Positions 37,294-47,976 are shown, counted from the first letter of the stretch. The stretch: 64,000 nucleotides of DNA from Gaiella sp. (GCF_035710885.1 NZ_DASTCS010000038.1:14273-78272), one strand, 5' to 3'. Numbers and translations: made by a program. Notes: generated by a model not told the origin, from the sequence alone.

Positions 37294-37889
37294 TGCCCGA
37301 CCTCCGCGAGCTCCGGCGCGCCGAAGGGCTCGAGGCCGACGAGCTCTGCAGGTGGGCCCTCCTCGGCCAGCCTGCGCGCCTCCTCGAGCTGCCGGGCTGT
37401 GGGCTGGGGCAGCGCCTCGCAGAGCGCGTCGAGCACGCCCGCGTAGAGGCTTCCACGGTGGTGGAGCGCTGCCCGGACGAGCTCGAGCGGCGGCCGGAAC
37501 GACGTGAGCAGCTCCCGTCCCTCCGCAGGCCGCTGCGAGGCGAACTCGAGGACGACCGGAAGGTAGTCCGGGAGCTCGGCGCTCTGGAACGGAAGCCCCG
37601 CCTCGGCGTAGCGGCGCTTGAGCCGTACGAGCTCGAGACCTCGCTGCCGCCGGTCGCCGTGGGTGTGGTAGGTGAGATGCAGCCCGCACCGGCGGTCGAA
37701 GTCGAAGGTCTCGACGTAGGAGCGGCGCAGCTCGGCAAGCGGGGTCGCGGCGAGCGCGTCGAGGGCGGGCTCGAGCGCACGGCGCTCGGCGCGCGGCAGC
37801 TCCGCAGCGGCCGCCCGCAGCTCGGGCAGCGCCTCGAGCAGCGCCTCGTCGGGGTACACGAGCAGGACGGCGAGGAGCTTCGCGTTCAC
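37290..37889 (-). CDS. narJ: Nitrate reductase molybdenum cofactor assembly chaperone
   Basis: 199 aa. SYVETFDFDRRCGLHLTYHTHGDRRQRG...LPDYLPVVLEFAS is the NarJ/NarW signature region. GTG start overlaps the narH stop (GTGA). Confidence 0.85.
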   Translation of the reverse strand: MNAKLLAVLLVYPDEALLEALPELRAAAAELPRAERRALEPALDALAATPLAELRRSYVETFDFDRRCGLHLTYHTHGDRRQRGLELVRLKRRYAEAGLPFQSAELPDYLPVVLEFASQRPAEGRELLTSFRPPLELVRAALHHRGSLYAGVLDALCEALPQPTARQLEEARRLAEEGPPAELVGLEPFGAPELAEVGQ

Positions 37890-39460
37890 GAGCTCCTCCG
37901 GAAGTCGAGGAACGCGACGTTCGAGCCGCCGGGGGACGTGGACGCCGGCGCCGCGAGCGGCTTCGCGCCGAACGGGTCCTTGCTCTGCCCGATCGCGCCG
38001 CAGCTCCCCGGGCCGCCCTCGAAGTCGAGACCGCACGCGCCCTGGCGCGAGTGCGGGTTGATCCCGATCTCGCCGTGGGTCTGCGGGATCACGTAGCGCT
38101 CGTCGTACTTCGCGATCGCGAGCAGCCGGAACATCGCGTCGATGGCGGCGGGCTCCATCCCGACGGAGGCGGCGAGGGCGACGTCGGGCTCGACGCCGAG
38201 GTTCCGCTCGCGCGTCCAGCTGCGCATCGCGGCGAGCCGCCGGAGCGCGACGCGGACCGGCTCGGGATCGCCCGCCGTGAGCATGTTGGCGAGGTACTCG
38301 ATCGGGATGCGGAGCTCGTCGATCGCGGGGAAGACGTCGTCCGGGTCCGCCTCCGAGCCCGGTCCCTCGACGAGGCTCATCACCGGCGAGAGCGGCGGCA
38401 CGTACCAGACCATCGGCAGCGTCCGGTACTCCGGGTGGAGCGGCAGCGCGACCCGATGCTCGACCGCGAGCGCGTACACGGGCGAGCGGCGGGCGGCGTC
38501 GAGCCAGTCCTCGGCGATCCCGTCGCGCCGCGCCTGCTCGCGAACCTCCGGGTCGCCGGGGTCGAGGAACAGCGAGAGCTGCGCCGGGAGCAGGTCCTTC
38601 TCGTCGGGAACCGACGCCGCCTCCTGCACGCGGTCGGCGTCGTAGAGCACGACGCCGAGGTAGCGGATCTTGCCGACGCAGGTCTCCGAGCAGATCGTCG
38701 GCTGGCCCGCCTCGATGCGCGGGTAGCAGAGCGTGCACTTCTCGGCCTTGCCGGTCGACCAGTTGAAGTAGACCTTCTTGTAGGGGCAGCCGCTCACGCA
38801 CATCCGCCACGAGCGGCACTGCTCCTGGTCGACGAGCACGATCCCGTCCTCCTCGCGCTTGTACATCGCTCCGGACGGGCACGACGCGACGCACGAGGGA
38901 TTCAGGCAGTGCTCGCAGATCCGCGGGAGGTAGAACATGAACGCCTTCTCGTACTCGAGACGCACGTGCTCCTCGACGCCGTCCTTGAGGTTCGGGTCGA
39001 GGCGCGCGAACTCGGGAGCACCGGCGAGGTCGTCCTCCCAGTTCGGGCCCCACTGCAGGTCGAGGGGACGGCCGGTGACCTGCGACTCCGGGCGCGCCAC
39101 GGGCTGGTGCTTCGATGCGGGCGCGTTCGTGAGAGTCTCGTAGTCGTAGGTCCAGGGCTCGTAGTAGTCGTCGAGCGTCGGCAGCTCCGGGTTGAAGAAC
39201 AGCGTCGCGAGCTTGCGGAGCCGGCCGCCCGCCTTGAGCCTGAGCTTCCCGCCCTTGAGCTCCCAGCCGCCCTTCCAGCGTTCCTGGTCCTCCCAGCGCT
39301 TCGGGTACCCGACGCCGGGCTTCGTCTCGACGTCGTTGAACCAGACGTACTCGGTGCCGCGGCGGTTCGTCCACACGTTTTTGCAGGTGACCGAGCAGGT
39401 GTGGCACCCGATGCACTTGTCGAGGTTCATCACCATCGCGATCTGGGCTCGGACCTGCAC
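37886..39460 (-). CDS. narH: Respiratory nitrate reductase beta subunit
   Basis: 524 aa. VQVRAQIAMVMNLDKCIGCHTCSVTCK plus further Fe-S Cys clusters (CEHCLNPSCVASCPSGA, CRSWRMCVSGCPY). The GTG start shares one nt with the narG stop (TAGTG). Confidence 0.95.
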   Translation of the reverse strand: MQVRAQIAMVMNLDKCIGCHTCSVTCKNVWTNRRGTEYVWFNDVETKPGVGYPKRWEDQERWKGGWELKGGKLRLKAGGRLRKLATLFFNPELPTLDDYYEPWTYDYETLTNAPASKHQPVARPESQVTGRPLDLQWGPNWEDDLAGAPEFARLDPNLKDGVEEHVRLEYEKAFMFYLPRICEHCLNPSCVASCPSGAMYKREEDGIVLVDQEQCRSWRMCVSGCPYKKVYFNWSTGKAEKCTLCYPRIEAGQPTICSETCVGKIRYLGVVLYDADRVQEAASVPDEKDLLPAQLSLFLDPGDPEVREQARRDGIAEDWLDAARRSPVYALAVEHRVALPLHPEYRTLPMVWYVPPLSPVMSLVEGPGSEADPDDVFPAIDELRIPIEYLANMLTAGDPEPVRVALRRLAAMRSWTRERNLGVEPDVALAASVGMEPAAIDAMFRLLAIAKYDERYVIPQTHGEIGINPHSRQGACGLDFEGGPGSCGAIGQSKDPFGAKPLAAPASTSPGGSNVAFLDFRRSS

Positions 39461-42400
39461 TAGTAGACGACCTCCCCGAGAAGCTTCCGCACGGCGACCA
39501 TCTCGTCGCGCTGCGTGCCGGTCGGGCCGTAGTAGTTGAACCCGTACGAGAGCTGCGCGTAGCCGCCGATCAGGTGCGTCGGCTTCATCGAGATCCGGGT
39601 CACCGAGTTGTCCGTGCCCCCGCGCGTCCCGGACAGCTCGCTCCTCGGGACATTCACGTGCCGGTCCTGCGAGTGGTACATCAGCCCGACGCCCGGCGGG
39701 ATCCGGTGCGAGACCACCGCCCGTGCGGTGACGACGCCGTTCCGGTTGAACACCTCGACCCAGTCGTTGTCGGCGACCTCGATCTCGTTCGCGTCGACGT
39801 CGGACATCCACACCACCGGCCCCCCGCGAAACAGCGTCAGCATATGGAGGTTGTCCTGGAACTCCGAGTGGATCGACCACTTCGAGTGCGGGCTCAGCCA
39901 GCGCAGGTGGAGCTCCTTCCGCGTGGGGTCGCCGGAGAGCTGCTCGCCCACCACGCCGAGGACGTTGAGCGGCGGGCGATACGTGGGGAGGCCCTCGCCG
40001 TACTCGAGCATCCACGCGTGCTCGACGTAGAGCTGCTGGCGCCCCGTGAGCGTCCTGAACGGGACGTCCCGCTCGACGTTGATCGTGAACGGGTTGTAGC
40101 GCCGGTCGCGCGACTCCATGCCCGACCACTCCGGCGAGGCGAGCACCTTGCGCGGCTGCACCTGCGTGTCGCCGAACGTGATCCGGACGTCGGCGTGCTC
40201 CTCTGCGATGTCCGCCAAATGCGTCCCCGTCCGCTGCTCGAGCCCCCTGAATCCCTCGACGGCCAACCGACCGTTCGACACGCCCGAGAGGGCGAGGATC
40301 GCCTCGCACATGTGCACGTCGCGGGTCAGCGCCGGCCGCCCGTCGACCTCGCCGTTCGCCGCGCGCAGCTCGTCGATCTCGACCGTCGGCTTGAGCGGGA
40401 TCCCCTTCGCCGAGGAGCCGAGCTGCTCGGCCAGCGGCCCCAGGGCGCGCCACTTCCTGTACACCGCCGTGTAGTCCCGCTCGACCGGGAGGAGCTTCGG
40501 CATCGTCTTCCCGGGGACGGGCTCGCACTCGCCGCGCTTCCAGTCGCGCACCTCGCCGAGCGGCTGCGCCAGCTCGTCCGGCGTGTCGTGCAGGAGCGGT
40601 GCGGCGACGAGGTCGGTTCGCGTGCCGAGGTGCTTCTCGGCCAGCTCGGAGAACCGCTCGGCCACGCGGGCGAAGATGTCGAAGTCGGTGCGGGCCTCCC
40701 ACGGGGGCGGGACGGCCTGGTTGAACGAGTGGACGAACGGGTGCAGGTCGGTGGACGAGAGGTCGTGCTTCTCGTACCACGTGGCGGCGGGCAGGACGAC
40801 GTCGGAGTAGAGGGCCGAGCCGTTCATCCGGAAGTCGATGGTCGTGAACAGGTCGAACTTCCCGGTCGGCGCCTCCTCGCGCCAGACGACGTCGTCCGGG
40901 CGCTCCTCCGGAGTCGACTCGGTGTTCCGCACGGCGGCGTCCTCGACGCCGAGGACGTGCCGGAGGAAGTACTCGTGCCCCTTGCTCGACGAGCCGAGCA
41001 GGTTCGCCCGCCAGAGCGTCAGGACGCGCGGGAAGTTCTCGGGCGCGTCTGGGTCCTCGGCCGCGAACCGGAGCTCGCCCGCCTTCAGCCGCTCGACGAC
41101 GTACGCGGGCGCCTCCATGCCCGCCTCCGCCGCCTCGCGCGTCAGCTCCAGCGGGTTGCGGTCGAACGTCGGGTACGACGGCATCCAGCCGAGACGGGCC
41201 GCGAGCGCGTTGCAGTCCGCCACGTGCATCCCGTCGAGCACGCCCGTGCCGAGCGGCGTCGCGTACGCGTCGGCGCGCGTGCGCTGGTAGCGGAACTGGT
41301 CGCTCGCCAGGAACCAGAACGGCGTCGTCGCCTGCTGGCGCGGGGGCCGGTTCCAGTCGAGCGCGAACGCCAGGGTCGACCAGCCGCTGATCGGCCGCAC
41401 CTTCTCCTGGCCGACGTAGTGCGCCCAGCCGCCGCCGTTGACGCCCTGGCACCCGCACAGGGCGACCAGCTGGAGGATCGCACGGTAGACCTGATCGGAG
41501 TGGAACCAGTGGTTCGTGCCGGCACCGAGCACGATCATCGAGCGGCCGTTCGAGCGCTCCGCGTTGCGGGCGAACTCGCGCGCAACCCGTGTCACGCGCC
41601 CGGCGTCGACGCCGGTGATCGGCTCTTGCCAGGCGGGCGTGTACGGCTCCGACGGGTCGTCGTAGTCCGTCGGCCACGTCCCGGGGAGCCCCTCGCGGTG
41701 GACGCCGAGCTGGGCCGCCATGAGATCGAACACCGTGGTCACCAGACGGTCGCCGAGGCGCTTCGCCGGGACGCCGCGCCGTAGCACCTCGCCACCCGCG
41801 TCGCCGACGTCGAAGCGCGGCAGGTCGAGCCCGACGAGCTCGTCGTGACGCCCGAGCAGCGTCAGCGCCGGGTCGACGTCGCCGAGCTCGAGGTTCCACT
41901 TGCCCATCCCCTCGTCGCCCCAGCGGAAGCCGATCGAGCCGTGCGGGACCGCCGGCTCGCCGGTCCGTGCGTCGAGGAGCACGGTCTTCCACTCGGCGTT
42001 CTCGGCCGTGTCCCCGAGATCCGACGCACGCAGGAAGCGGTCGGCGACGTAGGCGCCGTCGCGCTCGCGCAGCGTGACGAGGAACGGCAGGTCTGTCGTG
42101 CGCTTCACGTACTCGTCGAACCACGGCACCGTCCGCTGGACGTGGAACTCCCGGAAGACGACGTGCGCCATCGCCATCGCGAGCGCGCCGTCCGTCCCGG
42201 CGGCGGCGGGAAGCCAGTGGTCCGCGAACTTCGTGTGACCGGCGAAATCGGGCGAGACCACGACGACCTTCTGGCCGCGGTAGCGCGCCTCGGTCATGAA
42301 GTGGGCGTCCGGTGTCCGCGTCTGCGGGATGTTCGAGCCCCAGAGGACGATGTAGCTCGCGTTCCACCAGTCCGCCGACTCGGGGACGTCCGTCTGGTCA

Positions 42401-43095
42401 CCCCACATCTGGGGTGAGGCGGGCGGGAGGTCGGCGTACCAGTCGTAGAAGCTCAGGCAGATCCCGCCGATCAGCGACAGGAACCGCGTCCCGGCCGCGT
42501 ACGAGACCATCGACATCGCCGGGATCGGCGTGAAGCCCGCGATGCGGTCGGGCCCGTAGCGCTGCACCGTGTAGACGTGCGCCGCCGAGACGATGTCGAC
42601 GACGTCGTCCCAGGTCGCGCGTACGAAGCCCCCTTTCCCGCGTACGGACTTGTACGAGCGGGCCTTGTCGGGGTCCTCGACGATCGAGGCCCACGCCTCC
42701 ACCGGGTCGCCGCCGTGCCGGTCGCGCGCCTCGCGGAAGAGATCGAGCAGCACTCCCCGGACGTACGGATAGCGCACCCGGATCGGCGAGTAGAGGTACC
42801 AGCTGAACGAGGCGCCGCGCGGGCAGCCCCGTGGCTCGTACTCCGGCACGTCGGGCCCGTTCGTCGGATAGTCGGTCTGCTGCGTCTCCCAGGCGACGAT
42901 CCCGTCCTTGACGTGGATCTTCCAGGAGCACGAGCCGGTGCAGTTGACGCCGTGCGTGGAGCGGACGACCTTGTCGTGCTGCCAGCGCTCGCGATAGAAG
43001 CGCTCCCACTCGCGCCCGTCGCGCTGCGTTGTGCTCCAGCCGTCGGACGACCCCGGATCGGTGCCGAAGAAGAGCGGCCGGGCGAGCAGGCTCAC
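39460..43095 (-). CDS. narG: Respiratory nitrate reductase alpha subunit
   Basis: 1211 aa from GTG 43095. FYRERWQHDKVVRSTHGVNCTGSCSWKIHVKDGIVAWETQQTDYP (FS0 H/Cys cluster) and molybdopterin-oxidoreductase motifs throughout. Start overlaps the narK stop (GTGA). Confidence 0.95.
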   Translation of the reverse strand: MSLLARPLFFGTDPGSSDGWSTTQRDGREWERFYRERWQHDKVVRSTHGVNCTGSCSWKIHVKDGIVAWETQQTDYPTNGPDVPEYEPRGCPRGASFSWYLYSPIRVRYPYVRGVLLDLFREARDRHGGDPVEAWASIVEDPDKARSYKSVRGKGGFVRATWDDVVDIVSAAHVYTVQRYGPDRIAGFTPIPAMSMVSYAAGTRFLSLIGGICLSFYDWYADLPPASPQMWGDQTDVPESADWWNASYIVLWGSNIPQTRTPDAHFMTEARYRGQKVVVVSPDFAGHTKFADHWLPAAAGTDGALAMAMAHVVFREFHVQRTVPWFDEYVKRTTDLPFLVTLRERDGAYVADRFLRASDLGDTAENAEWKTVLLDARTGEPAVPHGSIGFRWGDEGMGKWNLELGDVDPALTLLGRHDELVGLDLPRFDVGDAGGEVLRRGVPAKRLGDRLVTTVFDLMAAQLGVHREGLPGTWPTDYDDPSEPYTPAWQEPITGVDAGRVTRVAREFARNAERSNGRSMIVLGAGTNHWFHSDQVYRAILQLVALCGCQGVNGGGWAHYVGQEKVRPISGWSTLAFALDWNRPPRQQATTPFWFLASDQFRYQRTRADAYATPLGTGVLDGMHVADCNALAARLGWMPSYPTFDRNPLELTREAAEAGMEAPAYVVERLKAGELRFAAEDPDAPENFPRVLTLWRANLLGSSSKGHEYFLRHVLGVEDAAVRNTESTPEERPDDVVWREEAPTGKFDLFTTIDFRMNGSALYSDVVLPAATWYEKHDLSSTDLHPFVHSFNQAVPPPWEARTDFDIFARVAERFSELAEKHLGTRTDLVAAPLLHDTPDELAQPLGEVRDWKRGECEPVPGKTMPKLLPVERDYTAVYRKWRALGPLAEQLGSSAKGIPLKPTVEIDELRAANGEVDGRPALTRDVHMCEAILALSGVSNGRLAVEGFRGLEQRTGTHLADIAEEHADVRITFGDTQVQPRKVLASPEWSGMESRDRRYNPFTINVERDVPFRTLTGRQQLYVEHAWMLEYGEGLPTYRPPLNVLGVVGEQLSGDPTRKELHLRWLSPHSKWSIHSEFQDNLHMLTLFRGGPVVWMSDVDANEIEVADNDWVEVFNRNGVVTARAVVSHRIPPGVGLMYHSQDRHVNVPRSELSGTRGGTDNSVTRISMKPTHLIGGYAQLSYGFNYYGPTGTQRDEMVAVRKLLGEVVY

Positions 43096-44267
43096 GCGGT
43101 GACCTCGCGCGGTGCCCGCGTGGCGCGATGCATCGTCAGGGCGACCACGAGGCACACCACCGTGAATGCGAGCAGGCCGATGAAACCGAGCGCATACGTG
43201 TCGAAGTGATCCTTCACGATTCCCATGACGACGGGTGGGAAGAACCCGCCCAGCCCCCCTGCGGCGCCGACGATCCCCGTCGCTGCGCCGGTCGCCTGTG
43301 GAAAGTCGTGGGGAACGGCCTTGAACACGGCACCGTTGCCAAGACCGAGGAACGCTGCCAGCGTGAGACAGGCGATCGTCACCGGCACGATCGTCGGGTC
43401 GCCCGAGAGAAACGCGAGCCACGCCGCGTCGAGCCCGGCGCCGACGAACACGCCGATCAGGACCGTCGCCGCGCCGAGCCTGTCGGACAGGATCCCGCCG
43501 ACGGGGCGGGCGAGCGTCGCGACGGCGGTGAAGCCCGCCGCACGCAGGCCGGCGTCGGTCAGCGAGAGATCGAACCAGTCTCGCAGGAGCTTGGGCAGGA
43601 ACACCGCCATCGCGACGAACCCTCCGAACGTGACGAAGTAGAGGAGCGCCAGCCGCCACAGCTTCCAGCCCGAGCGGAGCACCGCGCCGTAGCGGACCGC
43701 GGTGCCTCGTGGGGGGTCCTCGGCCATCCGGTAGAAGACGGCCGCGGTCGCGAGCAGGAGCGCTGCGGCGAGGATCCCGAGCGCACCGCGCCCGAACCAC
43801 TCGACGATCGCCGGGGCGCTGAACGCCGCGACGGCCGTCCCGATGTTCCCCATCCCGTACACGCCCAGCGCGAATCCCTGCCGCTCCTTCGGGTACCAGC
43901 CGGCGACGAACGGGACACCCACCGCGAACGACGAGCCGGCGATGCCGAGAAAGAACCCGACGACGATGAGGGCCGCGTATCCCTCGACGAAGCCGAAGAT
44001 CGCCGCAGGGATCGCGGACACGGTGAGCACGACCGGGAACATCACGCGGCCGCCGAGTCTGTCCGTCAGCGCGCCGACCGGTATCCGCAGCACCGACCCG
44101 AGAATCACGGGAACCGCGGTCAGCGCGAGCGTGCGCGTGTTCGAAAGGTCGAGGTCGTCCTGGAAGCGCTTCGCGAGCGGGGCGATCAGGCTCCAGCCCA
44201 CGAAGGCGACCGCGAACGCGAGCGTCGCCAGCGTGAGGTTCCTCGTCGCCGTGCGCCCCGCGTCCAC
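43092..44267 (-). CDS. narK: Nitrate/nitrite transporter (MFS, NarK family)
   Basis: 391 aa, 12 TM-like segments. MFS loop motif GALTDRLGGRVMF. AGGAGA lies 8 nt upstream of GTG 44267 and overlaps the preceding stop codon. Confidence 0.85.
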   Translation of the reverse strand: MDAGRTATRNLTLATLAFAVAFVGWSLIAPLAKRFQDDLDLSNTRTLALTAVPVILGSVLRIPVGALTDRLGGRVMFPVVLTVSAIPAAIFGFVEGYAALIVVGFFLGIAGSSFAVGVPFVAGWYPKERQGFALGVYGMGNIGTAVAAFSAPAIVEWFGRGALGILAAALLLATAAVFYRMAEDPPRGTAVRYGAVLRSGWKLWRLALLYFVTFGGFVAMAVFLPKLLRDWFDLSLTDAGLRAAGFTAVATLARPVGGILSDRLGAATVLIGVFVGAGLDAAWLAFLSGDPTIVPVTIACLTLAAFLGLGNGAVFKAVPHDFPQATGAATGIVGAAGGLGGFFPPVVMGIVKDHFDTYALGFIGLLAFTVVCLVVALTMHRATRAPREVTA

Positions 44268-44280
44268 GGTCCCGGTTCTC

Positions 44281-44982
44281 CTAGCTCCTCGATTCGAGCG
44301 CGAGCGCGCGGGGGAACAGCACGTTGTTCTCCTCGTGCACGTGCCGGTGCGTGTCGAGCTCGAGCGTCCTGAGCCGGTCGAGCATGGCCCGATAGGAGTT
44401 GCACGCGTCGACCGGCGGCTCGTAGCCGGACGTGAGCGCCCTCAGCCGCGCGAGGCCATCCGCGACCTCGTCGTGCTCGTGCAGCATGACCGCGATCGGG
44501 CTCTCCACCGAGCCTGACGCCGGCTCGGCGTCGCCCTCCTCCAGGGCCACGCACGCAGGGAACAGGACGTGCTCCTCCTTCAGCATGTGCTCGGAGAGCT
44601 CCACGGCGATGCCCGCGAACGTGGCTCGCACGTCGGCCAGCTCGGGGTGGGTGTCCCCGTGGGCCCGCGCGACCTTGTCGACCAGCAACTCGAGCCGCGG
44701 CAGCTCCTCCCGCAGGTAGCCGTGGTGGTGCTCGACGATGTGGTCGACGAGCGTGGAGACGGGGGCCACCGTCCAGTCCACGTCCTCCGCCTCGGGCGCC
44801 CGGGGTTCGCGCAGCGCCGCGATCACCGCGCCGACGTCGAGGCCCCGGTCGGCGCAGGCCGCCTCGAGCGGGGTCTTGCCCCCGCAGCAGTAGTCGATGC
44901 CGAATCGCTCGAAGACGCGGGCCCGGCTGGGCTCCTCGAGCACGAGCTCGGCGACCTGGGCGTCGGTCCTGATGGTGTTCAA
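44281..44982 (-). CDS. ric: Iron-sulfur cluster repair di-iron protein (RIC; YtfE/ScdA family)
   Basis: 233 aa from TTG 44982 (GAGGAAAGGA 7 nt upstream). ScdA_N motif FGIDYCCGGKTPLEAAC. Hemerythrin-type His/Glu motifs (HHHGYLREELP, HMLKEEHVLFP, HVHEENNVLFP). Confidence 0.85.
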   Translation of the reverse strand: MNTIRTDAQVAELVLEEPSRARVFERFGIDYCCGGKTPLEAACADRGLDVGAVIAALREPRAPEAEDVDWTVAPVSTLVDHIVEHHHGYLREELPRLELLVDKVARAHGDTHPELADVRATFAGIAVELSEHMLKEEHVLFPACVALEEGDAEPASGSVESPIAVMLHEHDEVADGLARLRALTSGYEPPVDACNSYRAMLDRLRTLELDTHRHVHEENNVLFPRALALESRS

Positions 44983-45428
44983 GCGTACGTCCTTTCCTCG
45001 ATCTCCGTGGCTTCCTCGGTATGACACTCCGCGTCGACGCAGACGCACAGGCGGTCACTCCGCAGGCAGACGAGCCCGCGGTAGGTGACGCCGTCGTCCT
45101 CGAGGACGACGAGTCGCGTCGCGCCCGTTCTGTCGAGCTCCGCGAGGGCCTGCCCCGACGGCGTCCCCGCGAGCGCGGTCTGCAGGGCGCGGGACGCGAT
45201 CGCGGCGACGGCGGTCTCGGGCGCGAGGTCGTCGGCGAGAGAATCCCGCTCCACCGCGCCGACGTAGGCCTTCCCGTCGAGGACGGGCAGGACGCGTACG
45301 GAACCGTTGGCGAACAGCCCACGTGCCGTCGCGACCGTGTCGGTCGCGGCCAGCAGCTTGCCGCGTGTCGTGACCGCCGCAGAGACCGGCAGGCTCGCGA
45401 GCTCGCGCCTGGAGCGGACGGTCGTCAT
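44979..45428 (-). CDS. CBS-pair domain protein with a Cys-rich C-terminal tail
   Basis: 149 aa from ATG 45428. Two CBS-like motifs (VRVLPVLDGKAYVGAV; RLVVLEDDGVTYRGLV). Tail is CLRSDRLCVCVDAECH. Stop overlaps the RIC TTG start (TTGA). Confidence 0.7.
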   Translation of the reverse strand: MTTVRSRRELASLPVSAAVTTRGKLLAATDTVATARGLFANGSVRVLPVLDGKAYVGAVERDSLADDLAPETAVAAIASRALQTALAGTPSGQALAELDRTGATRLVVLEDDGVTYRGLVCLRSDRLCVCVDAECHTEEATEIEERTYA

Positions 45429-45498
45429 GCGCGTGCCTCGCTCACTTCCGCCGACGATAGTACAGTTCTTCACCAAACGTTGAGCGGAGTACCTACTG

Positions 45499-45921
45499 AT
45501 GCGACTGCGGTTTTCCCGAACGGCTGACTACGGCCTGCGTGCCACGCTCGAAGTCGCCCGTGCGCAGGGCCGGCTCGTCCCACGCCGCGAGCTCTCGACG
45601 GTCACGGGCGCGCCTCTGTCCGTGCTCGCGCAGCCGCTCGCGGCGCTCGCGCGCGCCGACGTGCTCGCCGCTCAGGCCGGCCCTCGGGGCGGCTACCGCC
45701 TCGCCCGCCCCGCCCGGGACATCTCCGTCTACGACGTCGTCCTCGCGATCGACGGCGAGGGTCGTGTCGAGCGATGCGTGCTGCACGAGGGGGTGTGCAG
45801 CTGGGAGGGCGCGTGCCCGTTCCATGCCGTGCTCGCGAAGGCGCAGGAACGGTTCACGGACACCTTGCGCTCCACCAGCCTCGAGGATGTGCTCACGGAG
45901 ACGCCGCTGCCGATTCGCTGA
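45499..45921 (+). CDS. Rrf2 family transcriptional regulator (NsrR/IscR-like, 3-Cys cluster ligands)
   Basis: 140 aa. MRLRFSRTADYGLRATLEVA... wHTH. C-x6-C-x5-C in CVLHEGVCSWEGACPFH. Divergent from the CBS-ric-nar operon across a 70-bp spacer. Confidence 0.85.
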   Translation: MRLRFSRTADYGLRATLEVARAQGRLVPRRELSTVTGAPLSVLAQPLAALARADVLAAQAGPRGGYRLARPARDISVYDVVLAIDGEGRVERCVLHEGVCSWEGACPFHAVLAKAQERFTDTLRSTSLEDVLTETPLPIR

Positions 45922-45954
45922 GCCGATCGGTCGTCGCGGCAGCCGCGTTCGCGG

Positions 45955-46383
45955 TCAGGGCTCCTGGTCGCCCTCGCCCGGATCCTCGTCCTCGGCGAGC
46001 CGGCGCTGGAGCACCGCCCGGGAGATGACACCCACCAGGCGCCCGTCGTCCACCACCGGCACGCGCTCGGCGTCCTCCTCCTCGATGAACCTGAAGGCCT
46101 CGTCGAGCGGGGTGTCGGCCTCGATCGTGTAGTAGGGCGGCTCGGCGATGTCCTCCACCCTCGTCGCCTCCGGATCGCGACCCTCCGCGACGACCTGCGC
46201 GACCAGGGTCTTGCGAGTCACGACTCCGAGGAGCTCGCCGGCCGGGCCGACGACGTAGACCGCGCGAACCTCGGGGGGCGTGAGCACCTCGCCCGCCTCC
46301 CGGGCCGTGGCCGTCGCGGGCAGCGCACGCGGCTCGGTGATCATCGCGTCGCGGACACGCGCGCTCGACTCCTCGGACATCAA
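45955..46383 (-). CDS. CBS-pair domain protein
   Basis: 142 aa. VRDAMITEPRALPATATAREAGEVL...VYVVGPAGELLGVVTRKTLV and ERVPVVDDGRLVGVISRAVL. Acidic tail. Lies 22 nt downstream of gdh on the same strand. Confidence 0.8.
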   Translation of the reverse strand: MMSEESSARVRDAMITEPRALPATATAREAGEVLTPPEVRAVYVVGPAGELLGVVTRKTLVAQVVAEGRDPEATRVEDIAEPPYYTIEADTPLDEAFRFIEEEDAERVPVVDDGRLVGVISRAVLQRRLAEDEDPGEGDQEP

Positions 46384-46405
46384 CGATCTCCCCTCTCGAC
46401 CACCG

Positions 46406-47689
<1,284 letters not shown>

Positions 47690-47951
47690 CGCGCGGTGAG
47701 TGTATCCGCGCGGCTGCGTGCGCCTCGGTCCCGCACCGATGCTTTCCTTCGACACGGTCTCAGGCAGCTCCCTTCGCGGGCGTAGCCCCAGAGGCGGATT
47801 GAGCATGCGCGGGCGAAGGGGGACGTCCGTGCGAACACTCACCAACGAAGCGGTCCACCCATGCGTCTCCCGTCGCAGCCGGAGGCCGGCTCTCGCCCGG
47901 CCGGGAGGCCAGACGCGGTTCGGCCATGCGCTGCCGGGAAGGAGGGGGTCC

Positions 47952-47976
47952 GTGGGGGAACCATGGGTTCCCCCAC
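47952..47976 (-). terminator. Hairpin immediately downstream of tRNA-Leu
   Basis: GTGGGGGAACC-ATG-GGTTCCCCCAC, 11-bp perfect stem, 8 nt after the tRNA 3' end. No U-tract. Confidence 0.5.

Noticed and set aside
38051-41784. Long plus-strand ORFs (38051..39463, 470 aa; 39574..41784, 736 aa) antisense to narH/narG
   Set aside because: These are typical GC-driven antisense open frames. Their translations are low-complexity (R, V, L, E, P, A, G runs) with no recognisable domains, while the opposite strand is clearly coding.
37886-42367. 1493-aa track ORF suggesting a giant fused protein across narH and narG
   Set aside because: Only the C-terminal 524 aa (from GTG 39460) carry NarH Fe-S motifs. 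The upstream ~970 aa are Arg/Pro/Gly/Ala-rich with no motifs, and they lie out of frame over narG, whose own frame shows unambiguous NarG signatures.
45429-45498. Search for an NsrR/Rrf2 operator palindrome in the 70-bp Rrf2 / CBS-nar spacer
   Set aside because: The spacer is comparatively AT-rich (…GATAGTACAGTTCTTCACCAAACGTTGAGCGGAGTACCTACTG…). I could find only weak partial symmetry (AGTAC…GTAC, central AACGTT) and nothing I can call an operator by eye.
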